The position numbers were made by a program, and so were the translations under genes. The notes under the pieces were generated by a model that was not told where the DNA came from, did not search any database, and was given only the letters and a program-made list of their open reading frames with translations. Source: Candidatus Nanopelagicales bacterium (GTDB lineage Bacteria; Actinomycetota; Actinomycetes; S36-B12). From it: a stretch of 64,000 nucleotides of DNA. Below are positions 19,853 to 30,886 of this stretch, one piece after another. How positions within the stretch are numbered: position 1 is the first letter of the stretch; the number at the start of each line of letters is the position of its first letter. The stretch covers positions 187,701 through 251,700 of the forward strand of contig JBBARV010000001.1 of NCBI GenBank assembly GCA_040399625.1. Reading direction: 5' to 3'.

Positions 19853-21001
19853 ATGCGAATCTTGCACTTTTCTTGGGAGTATCCACCGGTGATGTACGGG
19901 GGGCTGGGTGCGCATGTTTTGGCTCTGACGCAATCGCAAGCTCGGCTCGGCCATGAAGTGACCGTGATTACACAAGCGGAGCGAGGGGATGCCGGATCGC
20001 GAATTGAACTGGAGGGTGTTGAGGTGATCCGGGTTGCGAACCACTATCCCGATGCCCAGATGGTGCACGACGAATTCGCATACTGGGTGCATGGATTTGC
20101 ATTGGCAAGCCAGGCTGCTTGCGAATTTGTTTCGAAAAGGCCTGACATTGTTCATGGCCACGATTGGATTGCCGCAGATCAACTCATCGTTGCGGCAAAA
20201 AAGTTTTCGGTGCCCAGTGTTCTTACCGTGCATGCAACCGAATTTGGTCGACATAACGGATGGCTGACTTCGAAGCTTTCACAAACTGTTTTTGCTCAAG
20301 AACGGAGAGGAATAAAATCCGCCGACTCGGTAATTGTTTGCAGTGAATACATGACCCATGAGATTCGAAGTGGTTATGGTGTGGAACCGCGAAACCTTTA
20401 CGTCATAGCCAATGCGGTTGCCCCACGTCCCCGGGTGCTAAGGCGGGCTGAGCTGAATCCCGAGAATATTGTCATAGGTTTCATTGGTCGACTTGAATGG
20501 GAAAAAGGGGTTCATCACGTGATTGACGCGATGGAAAGTGTCCAGGATCCGCGGGTGAAGTTGGAAATCGTGGGAAGTGGAAGTCAGTTCAACGATTTGC
20601 AGAATAAGGTGGAGAGAAAGGGTCTGGGTGATCGTGTTTCATTTTTTGGTCATATTGAGGACGAGGATCGAAACGCCGTCGTGCAATCGTGGAATGCGGC
20701 CGTTATTCCCTCGAGTTACGAACCCTTTGGAATCGTTGCTCTTGAGCTCGGACAGGTTGGAGTCCCCATCATTGCCGCCCAAGTTGGTGGTCTATGCGAG
20801 ATCATTCCCACTAGTGAATTTGGGTATCCGATCCGGGAGGTTTCTGGGGGCTCAATAGCCCATGAGATCGAATCGATCTTGGGCAATCAAGCCGAAGCGA
20901 TTAAAAGGGCCGATCGGCTACGCGTGCGGGTAGCAACAGAGTTCACCTGGGAGCGAGCGGTCGAACTAACTGATTATGTTTATGAAAAGGTTTGCTCATG
21001 A
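19853..21001 (+). CDS. GT4-family glycosyltransferase (Rv3032-like alpha-glucosyltransferase candidate)
   Basis: MRILHFSWEYPPVMYGGLGAHV N-terminus, FIGRLEWEKG, and the EX7E motif SSYEPFGIVALE. Confidence 0.85.
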   Translation: MRILHFSWEYPPVMYGGLGAHVLALTQSQARLGHEVTVITQAERGDAGSRIELEGVEVIRVANHYPDAQMVHDEFAYWVHGFALASQAACEFVSKRPDIVHGHDWIAADQLIVAAKKFSVPSVLTVHATEFGRHNGWLTSKLSQTVFAQERRGIKSADSVIVCSEYMTHEIRSGYGVEPRNLYVIANAVAPRPRVLRRAELNPENIVIGFIGRLEWEKGVHHVIDAMESVQDPRVKLEIVGSGSQFNDLQNKVERKGLGDRVSFFGHIEDEDRNAVVQSWNAAVIPSSYEPFGIVALELGQVGVPIIAAQVGGLCEIIPTSEFGYPIREVSGGSIAHEIESILGNQAEAIKRADRLRVRVATEFTWERAVELTDYVYEKVCS

Positions 21002-21717
21002 AGCCGTTTAACCCATGGCGTTTTTCTAATATGAAATGGATTATCCGTCATCGGGCTTGGAACGCGTACTACCTTGTTCGTTACTTGCGTTTTCTGAAAT
21101 TGCATCACTTTGGTCCGCGAGGGGTTCAATGCGCGGGATTCGTCTTCTTAGGAAGGGGCGTTGAACTCACTGTGCGACAGGGCTACGGTCGAATCCTCTT
21201 GGAGCCGTGGGTGCATATTGGGGACGAATGTCATATTCGTGCACACGAAGGAACCATCCGGATCGGGTCAAAGACAGTCCTAGGCCGTGATAACACGATA
21301 AACGCATATCTGGATATCTCGATTGGTTCTGAGTGCGTAATCTCCGACTCTATATATGTGTGCGACTTTGATCATCGATTCGCAGATATTAGGACCTCCA
21401 TCAGGGCGCAAGGAATCCATAAGTCACCTGTTCGTGTCGGTGACAATGTTTGGATAGGTACCAAGGTGAGTGTTTTGCGTGGATCCGCCATTGGAGCTGG
21501 CAGTGTGATCGGCGCCCACTCGGTAGTTAGAGGAATCATTGCCCCGATGTCGGTTGCGGTCGGGATTCCTGCAAGAGCCATTAAATCTCGCCTCGACATT
21601 GATGAGAGTCAGTTGGAAGTGCAGCGTCATGCGGATTCGGTGCGATTACGCACCCGCGCGGCACTAAATGAACTAAGCGGAAAGGGATTATCTGAATCGA
21701 GTCCTGAACGCAATTGA
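20992..21717 (+). CDS. Left-handed beta-helix (hexapeptide-repeat) acyl/acetyltransferase
   Basis: Hexapeptide repeats (IGDECHIRAHEGTIRIGSKTVLG, VGDNVWIGTKVSVLRGSAIGAGSVIGAHSVV). The likely start is ATG 20998, in an ATGA overlap with the GT4 stop. Confidence 0.8.
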   Translation: MLMKPFNPWRFSNMKWIIRHRAWNAYYLVRYLRFLKLHHFGPRGVQCAGFVFLGRGVELTVRQGYGRILLEPWVHIGDECHIRAHEGTIRIGSKTVLGRDNTINAYLDISIGSECVISDSIYVCDFDHRFADIRTSIRAQGIHKSPVRVGDNVWIGTKVSVLRGSAIGAGSVIGAHSVVRGIIAPMSVAVGIPARAIKSRLDIDESQLEVQRHADSVRLRTRAALNELSGKGLSESSPERN

Positions 21718-23102
21718 TGTTCATGGTTACGCACCCGACCTTTCGCATAATCTTCTGCGCTATCGCGTGAAACCATGAATGCCCAGTCACTGGATAGTTG
21801 CAACATCAATTGGTTCAGATGTCCGGAGTTACATTCACCCCTATCCAGTAAGTCAAGGACATAATTTTGACTTCGATCATGTGCGACCACGATGTCGCGC
21901 ACCTTTTCACCGTTCCACACCGACCAGTGTTTTCCACTTCCCCATGATGACTCAGGAAGTTGGATTGACGTTGTAGCCGTTGACGTTATTTCATCCAATG
22001 TTGATGTGAGGATTCCAGATTGCGGCAGCAATTCGATTACTCGTTCAAACCAGGAAATGCCCTCGTGCCACCAATGCCCAAGGAGCTCAGTATCGATTCC
22101 GACAACGAGTGTGGGTAATCCGGAACTGGAATTACGTTTCTGAGTAAATTCATTTGATAGTTCTTGAATGAAATTTCGCGCATCAACTTCGACCTGGACT
22201 CTGGCCGACTGTGGATCGTAAACGGGTTTTTCCTCGATTGTTTTATCCCCAACGGCGCTGAATTTGAGCCCGTGATTTAAATCAACCGAGTGAAAATCTC
22301 GGTAGAATGGTGACCCGGCATAGCCGCGTTCATGTGACCAGACCAAGTCGCTTACTCGAGCATCGCGGGCGCTGATCCTGACCCGCGAGCCCGACAGCCG
22401 GTATGAAGTGGATGCCTGGCCGCCCGCGCTGGTTACCGCCGGTTCGTCAACCATGAAGTGGGTGATACCTATTCGTTCATAGAGGTCTTCTTGCCCTGGG
22501 CGGTATGCACACTCTGGTACCCAGATTCCCGACGGTGAGGTGCCATAGCGACGGGCTGCGTCATCGAGTCCAACCCGCAGAACTATTTCAGCGATTTCGG
22601 GATCGAGTCCCGGCGTGAACGGGTGGGTGGCCGGGCCACCCAGAAACTCAACCACCTGTTCATCGATAAGTGATCGGATACACGGAGCGGCGCCTCGGGA
22701 AAAGTTTCGTTGGAAAATATCAAGGGTTGACTGGGCCTGGTTCAATTCATAACCGCGTAATGGGTGGTTCTGGGGAAGGTCAAGGGCTCGAAGTTGCCAG
22801 TTGTGCAACCATGATTCACACCCAAGTAAGGCCCTTGGGTCATCAAGTTGAGCTGCAAGAATCGGTGTAATTCCCAGACTGGCAATATTGCGAAAGCCTT
22901 TTCTGCCCAACCGGGCAAGTGATTGGAAAAGGGGCAAATAGGAATGGGCGAACGCTTGATAAAGCCACTCTTCGCCAACGGGCCAAGCGCCATGACCCAC
23001 AACCCAGGGGAGGTGGCTGTGCAAAACAAAAGCAATCCGACCGGTGGGGGTCACCGGTACCCCGGATGTGTGATTGGCCACAGATTCTCGTCGCTCGCCC
23101 AC
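21627..23102 (-). CDS. GH57-family alpha-glucan branching-enzyme-like protein (Rv3031-like)
   Basis: FVLHSHLPWVVGHGAWPVGEEWLYQAFAHSYLPL N-terminus and IDTELLGHWWHEG, both typical of GH57/DUF1957 branching enzymes. Confidence 0.85.
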   Translation of the reverse strand: MGERRESVANHTSGVPVTPTGRIAFVLHSHLPWVVGHGAWPVGEEWLYQAFAHSYLPLFQSLARLGRKGFRNIASLGITPILAAQLDDPRALLGCESWLHNWQLRALDLPQNHPLRGYELNQAQSTLDIFQRNFSRGAAPCIRSLIDEQVVEFLGGPATHPFTPGLDPEIAEIVLRVGLDDAARRYGTSPSGIWVPECAYRPGQEDLYERIGITHFMVDEPAVTSAGGQASTSYRLSGSRVRISARDARVSDLVWSHERGYAGSPFYRDFHSVDLNHGLKFSAVGDKTIEEKPVYDPQSARVQVEVDARNFIQELSNEFTQKRNSSSGLPTLVVGIDTELLGHWWHEGISWFERVIELLPQSGILTSTLDEITSTATTSIQLPESSWGSGKHWSVWNGEKVRDIVVAHDRSQNYVLDLLDRGECNSGHLNQLMLQLSSDWAFMVSRDSAEDYAKGRVRNHEHQLRSGLDSDNPFPLSSFSAARVRNRTESA

Positions 23103-23223
23103 AGCGTGACTCTAGAGCGTGATCTTGGCAAACGGTCATGAGTGGCTGATTCTGGGACTCGCGGTACCATTTCGATCTAGAATCTTAAACCGCAAGTTTT
23201 TATCCGTCAAAGGAGCTCATCAC

Positions 23224-24003
23224 GTGAAGATCGCCGTCTGTGTCAAGCAGGTCCCCGATACGTGGGCCGAGAAGAAACTCAAAGCCGATACGTCAACACT
23301 CGACCGCGAGAGCGCAGATGGTGTTCTCAATGAGCTCGATGAATACGCGGTCGAGCAAGCGCTACAGCTTGTCGAGGCAAATGGCGGCGAAGTCGTCATT
23401 GTGACCATGGGTCCAGAGCGCGCCGCGGAGACCGTGCGTAAGGCGATCAGCATGGGTGCCGATGCCGGTATTCACGTACTCGATAACAACCTCGCTGGAT
23501 CCGACGCCATTGCGACTTCGGCAGTCCTCGCCAAGGCCTTGGAGGGACGCGACTTCGACTTGATCCTTTTTGGTTCAGAGTCAACCGACGCGCGGATGTC
23601 GGTGATCCCAGCCATGGTGGCTGAACGTCTTGGACTTGCCCAAGTTACTTTCGCTCAGAAGGTAAACGTGGAGGGAACAACGTTGATCGCCGAGCGCGTC
23701 ACCGATTATGGTTTTGACACTTTGACAACTTCATTACCTGCGGTTGTCAGTGTCGTTGAAAAAATTAATGAGCCTCGATACCCGTCATTCAAGGGGATCA
23801 TGGCCGCGAAGAAGAAGCCTGTGGAAACCCTAACTGCGGCGGATCTGGGACTGGATCCATCGGTAGTGGGTGCTGCAGCCGCTTGGTCAGCCGTCGCGGA
23901 TTTCGCGGCTCGCCCACCGAAGCCTGCTGGTGTCGTAATCACCGATGAAGGCGCTGGCGGAACATCAATCGCGGATTACCTCACAACATCGAAATTCATC
24001 TAG
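23224..24003 (+). CDS. etfB: Electron transfer flavoprotein beta subunit
   Basis: VKIAVCVKQVPDTWAEKKL...LDEYAVEQAL. GTG 23224 is preceded by AAAGGAG. The track start at 23119 adds a non-homologous 35-aa extension. Confidence 0.9.
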   Translation: MKIAVCVKQVPDTWAEKKLKADTSTLDRESADGVLNELDEYAVEQALQLVEANGGEVVIVTMGPERAAETVRKAISMGADAGIHVLDNNLAGSDAIATSAVLAKALEGRDFDLILFGSESTDARMSVIPAMVAERLGLAQVTFAQKVNVEGTTLIAERVTDYGFDTLTTSLPAVVSVVEKINEPRYPSFKGIMAAKKKPVETLTAADLGLDPSVVGAAAAWSAVADFAARPPKPAGVVITDEGAGGTSIADYLTTSKFI

Positions 24004-24046
24004 TTCATCCACAAGTAACTAATAGAAAAATTTTAAGGAGAAAACC

Positions 24047-25000
24047 ATGAGTGACGTACTCGTACTGGCCGAGCACCATGAATCAGAGATTCGCAAAGTA
24101 ACTTTTGAACTCATCACAGCTGCACGCGCTTTGGGGACACCCGTAGTCCTTTGGCTCGGTACCGGTTGCAATGACGCTGCCGTTGTGGCAATGGGTGGCT
24201 TCGGAGCCACCAAGATTCTGGTAGCCGACTCCACCGATGTGAGTGATCACCCGGTCGTTCCTGGCGCGGAAATTGTGGCGAGTCTTATCGCATCCATGCA
24301 GCCGGTGGCGGTTCTTGTGGCTTCCAGCGCTGATGGAAAAGAGATTGCTGCTCGATCGGCGATCAAGTCGGGGTGCGGGATTATCACTGACGCGGTTGAA
24401 ATTGCCCCCGATGGCACGGTGACTCAGAGTATTTTCGGTGGCAGCACCGTTGTGCATTCCAGAGTCACGCACGGAACACCACTTATTACTGTTCGACCAA
24501 ATTCAATAACAGCAAGTGAATCCGCAACAACCGCCGTGATGGAGAATGTGGCGATTGCGATCTCCGATGCTGCCAAGTTGGTTTCGGTGACGAATCGCAA
24601 TGTTGTCGAGAAAGGCGAACGGCCAGAATTGGCCGAAGCTGATGTTGTTGTCAGCGGAGGCCGTGGCGTTGGTGGGGCTGAAGGCTTTGGAGTAATCGAG
24701 GCTCTGGCTGACAGTCTGAATGCGGCCGTCGGGGCATCCCGTGCGGCAACTGACGCCGGCTGGTACCCGCATCAATTCCAGGTGGGACAGACAGGCAAGA
24801 CCGTTTCACCTTCGCTCTACATTGCAAATGGAATTTCCGGAGCAATCCAGCATCGGGCGGGTATGCAAACGTCCAAGGTGGTAATTGTGGTCAACAAGGA
24901 TTCTGAAGCACCAATTTTTGAATTGGCCGATTTCGGGGTTGTGGGAGATCTATTCACCGTTGTGCCGCAATTGACCGAGGAAATCGGTAAACGCAAATAA
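24047..25000 (+). CDS. etfA: Electron transfer flavoprotein alpha subunit
   Basis: VVSGGRGVG, AVGASRAATDAGWYPHQFQVGQTGKTVSPSLYIANGISGAIQHRAGM (FAD-binding signature). Confidence 0.9.
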   Translation: MSDVLVLAEHHESEIRKVTFELITAARALGTPVVLWLGTGCNDAAVVAMGGFGATKILVADSTDVSDHPVVPGAEIVASLIASMQPVAVLVASSADGKEIAARSAIKSGCGIITDAVEIAPDGTVTQSIFGGSTVVHSRVTHGTPLITVRPNSITASESATTAVMENVAIAISDAAKLVSVTNRNVVEKGERPELAEADVVVSGGRGVGGAEGFGVIEALADSLNAAVGASRAATDAGWYPHQFQVGQTGKTVSPSLYIANGISGAIQHRAGMQTSKVVIVVNKDSEAPIFELADFGVVGDLFTVVPQLTEEIGKRK

Positions 25001-25031
25001 CCGAAACCGTAGGGTTTTGGGACGTTAGGTA

Positions 25032-26222
25032 GTGTCAGGGACTGTGCAACGCGTTTATCTCGATCATGCAGCGACTACTGCAATGTTGCCGCAAGCTCGT
25101 GCGGCTTGGCTTGAAGTGTCTGAGTCTGTTGGAAACGCGTCTAGTCTGCACACTTCAGGGCGTGCGGCCAGGCGCGTTGTGGAATCGGCTCGTGAGTCAA
25201 TTGCTGGGGATTTAGGGATCAGGCCCTCCGCGGTGATTTTTACGGGTGGAGGTACCGAATCAGACAATCTTGCCGTCAAAGGTTTGTATTGGGCCCGTTG
25301 TTCACAATCGGCTCAAAGCCCAATGACTATTGTCACGAGCGCGATCGAGCACCATGCGGTCCTTGATCCAGTGATGTGGTTGAGTCAACATGAGGGCGCG
25401 GCGGTTGAGTTTGGTAGCACTGATCGACAAGGTCGCGTAAGTGTTGTGGAAATAGAAAATGCCCTTTTGCGCGGAGGCGTGGCTTTGGTTTCCATCATGT
25501 GGGCAAATAATGAGATTGGTGCGATTCAACCAGTCCACGAGATCGCAGCACTATGCAAAAAGTTCGACGTACCATTTCACACCGACGCTGTTCAGGCGCT
25601 GGGTCAGCTTCCAATGGCACTCGGCGAACTTGAAGCAACCGCGGTAACAATTAGTAGCCACAAAATTGGTGGACCGGTTGGAGTTGGCGCGCTCATCGTT
25701 GATCCATTCGCGAAATTTACGCCGGTAATGCATGGCGGCGGACAGGAGCGGGAAATTCGTTCGGGGACATTTGACCCAGCATCAATTGCGGCGTTCGCAT
25801 CAGCAATTCATTACTCAATATTAGAGCTAACTGAGCACGCGGCCAGGCTACGGGAACTACAGGAATACCTCATTGCGGGGGTAACCAGCGCAGTGCCTGA
25901 AGTGATACTTAATGGCCCCCCTCCAGGTGAGGCGCGTTTGCCGAATAACACACATTTTTCGTTTCCTGGTTGCGAGGGTGACTCATTATTGATGCTCCTC
26001 GACGCGGCCGGTATCGATTGTTCGACAGGGTCTGCCTGCACTGCTGGCATTCCTGAACCAAGCCATGTCTTGCTGTCCATGGGAGTCGATGAAAAGACTG
26101 CGCGAGCCTCACTGCGATTCAGTTTGGGGCGAGATAGTTCGAAAGAAGGAATTGATCAATTGGCTCAGGCTTTGCCCGGGGTAGTTGAGCGTGCACTTCG
26201 GGCAGGTTCCGTGTCGGCATGA
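25032..26222 (+). CDS. iscS: Cysteine desulfurase (NifS/IscS class)
   Basis: VYLDHAATT, FTGGGTESDN, SSHKIGGP (PLP lysine) and the active-site loop STGSACTAG. Confidence 0.88.
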   Translation: MSGTVQRVYLDHAATTAMLPQARAAWLEVSESVGNASSLHTSGRAARRVVESARESIAGDLGIRPSAVIFTGGGTESDNLAVKGLYWARCSQSAQSPMTIVTSAIEHHAVLDPVMWLSQHEGAAVEFGSTDRQGRVSVVEIENALLRGGVALVSIMWANNEIGAIQPVHEIAALCKKFDVPFHTDAVQALGQLPMALGELEATAVTISSHKIGGPVGVGALIVDPFAKFTPVMHGGGQEREIRSGTFDPASIAAFASAIHYSILELTEHAARLRELQEYLIAGVTSAVPEVILNGPPPGEARLPNNTHFSFPGCEGDSLLMLLDAAGIDCSTGSACTAGIPEPSHVLLSMGVDEKTARASLRFSLGRDSSKEGIDQLAQALPGVVERALRAGSVSA

Positions 26223-27331
26223 GTGTGATGCGAATTATTTCGGCAATGAGTGGAGGAGTCGATTCCTCGGTGGCGACCGCACGCATGATTGATCAAGGTC
26301 ATGAAGTTGTTGGGATTCACTTAGCGTTGTCCCGCACGGACTCAAATGGGAAGAGTCGCGGGTGCTGCACCCTCGACGACGCGCGCGATGCTCGTCGAGT
26401 TGCCGACAAACTAGGTATCCCGTTCTATGTGTGGGATTTCTCGACTGAATTTGCTGAGAGCGTGATGGACAACTTCCATTCAGAGTATGAACTAGGACGC
26501 ACCCCCAACCCATGCTTGCGTTGCAATGAAAAAATTAAGTTCAGTGCCGTTCTTGATCGAGCCCTCGCACTCGGATTCGATGCCGTTGCCACCGGACACT
26601 ATGCGCAAATAGAGCACGGTCCAGATGGAGTTGAACTGCATCGCGCAATTGATCCGCTTAAGGATCAGTCCTATGTTCTGGGAGTCCTAACCCAGAATCA
26701 GTTAGCCCACTCTTTGTTTCCACTCGGTGGGGACACCAAGGTGCGCATCAGAGAAGAGGCACTCGAGCGAGGCTTGATTACAGCCAAGAAGCCCGATAGT
26801 CACGATATTTGTTTTATTCCTGACGGTGATACTGCAGGTTATCTAGTGCGCAAACTTGGTGAGCAGCCTGGAGACATCACCGATGCAACAACAGGAGAAG
26901 TTCTTGGTCGCCACAGCGGCACGTTTACCGTAACCATTGGTCAACGCAGGGGGCTCAACTTGACTGTACCTGCTGAAGATGGCGCCCCCCGATACGTCGT
27001 GGATATTGATCGTGAGAGTGGCACTGTAATTGTGGGTGCACCGGAGCTCCTTGACGTCGACTTCATTCGCGCAATTAACCCCATCTGGGCTGGGGCCCCA
27101 TTGGGAGGTGCAGCCATTGAAGTGAGTGCTCAAGTGCGTGCACACGCTGAACCAGTCCCGGCAAGTGCCTACGTTGCTGACGGTGAGCTAATCATTAATC
27201 TGCATGAACCAATTAGAGGGTTAGCACCCGGCCAGGCTGCGGTCATCTATTCCGGTACCAAAGTCTTGGGATCTGCCACAGTTGCAAGCACTAATCGGGT
27301 TGGTAAGCAGAGCTCATTACTGGGAAGTTGA
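26219..27331 (+). CDS. mnmA: tRNA 2-thiouridine(34) synthase
   Basis: PP-loop AMSGGVDSS, with CCTLDDARDARRVADKLGIPFYVWDF, NPCLRCN and DQSYVL. ATGA overlap with iscS. ATG 26228 is an alternative start. Confidence 0.9.
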   Translation: MSVMRIISAMSGGVDSSVATARMIDQGHEVVGIHLALSRTDSNGKSRGCCTLDDARDARRVADKLGIPFYVWDFSTEFAESVMDNFHSEYELGRTPNPCLRCNEKIKFSAVLDRALALGFDAVATGHYAQIEHGPDGVELHRAIDPLKDQSYVLGVLTQNQLAHSLFPLGGDTKVRIREEALERGLITAKKPDSHDICFIPDGDTAGYLVRKLGEQPGDITDATTGEVLGRHSGTFTVTIGQRRGLNLTVPAEDGAPRYVVDIDRESGTVIVGAPELLDVDFIRAINPIWAGAPLGGAAIEVSAQVRAHAEPVPASAYVADGELIINLHEPIRGLAPGQAAVIYSGTKVLGSATVASTNRVGKQSSLLGS

Positions 27332-28323
27332 CCGTGCCTAATGCCAAGGCATCAGCATTAGGTGTCCTGCCAGGTATTTCGGCCCAAGAGGCTGCCCAGG
27401 TCGTTGCAGGGGAATTTCCCGATGCCCTATTTTTGCCGGTATTACCAGAGCGCGGACCGGGGGCGGACCCCATCGGACGCACGGCGGGACTACTCAGTTC
27501 GGTAAGTAGTGACTTTTCGACCACTGTTATCCCATCAGGTTGGCAAATTTCTCGTACTCCCGGCATCGATATGCAACGGGCTCATGATTTTCTTCGACAA
27601 GACCAAGACGCAATTGAAGAGCATGCGCAGGGGTTTTCCCAAAGATTTACCTGCACGGTCGTAGGGCCAATCAGCTGGTGCGCAAAGGTCGAAAGCGCAT
27701 CGGGAGAAAGCCTCATCCGTGATCTTGGGGCGGTTTCTGAAGTCTCGCTCGTGCTGGCGGAGGCCGTACGTGCACATATTCATTTGGTGCAACGTATTTT
27801 TCCCAATTCGCAACTGACAATTATCTATGAAGAGCCCTATGCCGCTGCTGCATGCGCAGGAACAATTCCAACGGCGAGTGGGCTGAATAGCTATGTCAAT
27901 ATTGATCGTGCGCGCATCCTTGAATTCTGGGAACCGCTGGTCACGCTGGCTGAAAGTTTATCTGCCGGGTTCGGGGTCTCCATGGGAATGGACAACGAAC
28001 TTTTCATCGAACCATTACTAACAGCAGGGGCCACAACCTATTTTGATGTTGTAGAGAGCAATTCGTTGGGCGATGTCATTGATCGCAAGCACACGACATA
28101 TTGGGCGATTAAGCCTGACCTCACCGTACGAGAAAATGCTTTGGATATTGCACGACGAATCACCAGCCTTGGGTTTTCTTTGAGTGCGACCGCGGGTTCA
28201 TTGATAGTGGTCCCGCAACCTACTTCTGTTTCACGTAATTGGGTGGCGGCGCGTTCTGCGATCACTGCTGTGCGGGAAGTTGTAGATTTGTTGAATGACG
28301 AGGATCGGCTTTTGGGTGAGTGA
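27328..28323 (+). CDS. Conserved hypothetical protein, MetE-C-terminal/UROD-like fold candidate (Rv3015c-like)
   Basis: 331 aa. The position between mnmA and ligA and the N-terminus (ASALGVLPGISAQEAAQVVAGEFPDALFLPVLPERGPGADPIGRTAGLL) resemble, from memory, the actinobacterial family often annotated as methionine synthase-like. No catalytic motif verified. Confidence 0.5.
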   Translation: MTVPNAKASALGVLPGISAQEAAQVVAGEFPDALFLPVLPERGPGADPIGRTAGLLSSVSSDFSTTVIPSGWQISRTPGIDMQRAHDFLRQDQDAIEEHAQGFSQRFTCTVVGPISWCAKVESASGESLIRDLGAVSEVSLVLAEAVRAHIHLVQRIFPNSQLTIIYEEPYAAAACAGTIPTASGLNSYVNIDRARILEFWEPLVTLAESLSAGFGVSMGMDNELFIEPLLTAGATTYFDVVESNSLGDVIDRKHTTYWAIKPDLTVRENALDIARRITSLGFSLSATAGSLIVVPQPTSVSRNWVAARSAITAVREVVDLLNDEDRLLGE

Positions 28324-30528
<2,205 letters not shown>

Positions 30529-30571
30529 CGCACCGTGATCGTTGACCCGTGATGATCAATAGACTTGAACC

Positions 30572-30886
30572 ATGACGGACTCTGCGGCAAACGGGATCGA
30601 TCAGGATCTCGTTGTGCACTTGGGCAAACTTGCCCGACTTGAACTAACCGACGCGGAAGTGAAGCATTACACCCTGCAGCTCGAGCAGATTTTAGGCGCG
30701 ATCACTTCCATTAGTGAGGTAGCAGCCGACGACATCCCACCCACGTCCCACCCGATCCCCATGGAAAATGTGTATCGAGAGGACATTGCCCTTCCAGGGC
30801 TTCTGCAAGAGGACTTTGTGCCGGGTGCTCCTTCATTTGAAGATGATCGATTCAGAGTCCCTAGGATTTTAGGTGAACCAACATGA
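30572..30886 (+). CDS. gatC: Glu/Asp-tRNA amidotransferase subunit C
   Basis: [31 protein letters not shown] is typical of GatC. It sits directly upstream of gatA with a 4-nt overlap. Confidence 0.9.
   Translation: MTDSAANGIDQDLVVHLGKLARLELTDAEVKHYTLQLEQILGAITSISEVAADDIPPTSHPIPMENVYREDIALPGLLQEDFVPGAPSFEDDRFRVPRILGEPT

Noticed and set aside
23119-23223. 35-aa N-terminal extension of etfB in the track, with similar extensions for recG (60267), rsmD (62435), rpmB (58574), DAK2 (58652) and nucS (3062).
   Set aside because: The downstream in-frame starts have good Shine-Dalgarno sequences, match the usual family N-termini and remove the overlaps with upstream genes.
25001-25020. 8-bp hairpin CCGAAACC-GTAG-GGTTTTGG just after etfA. 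A weak GCTC/GAGC hairpin after ilvC (about 39250-39275) is similar.
   Set aside because: The stems are short with no convincing U-tract, so they are not reliable as terminators.
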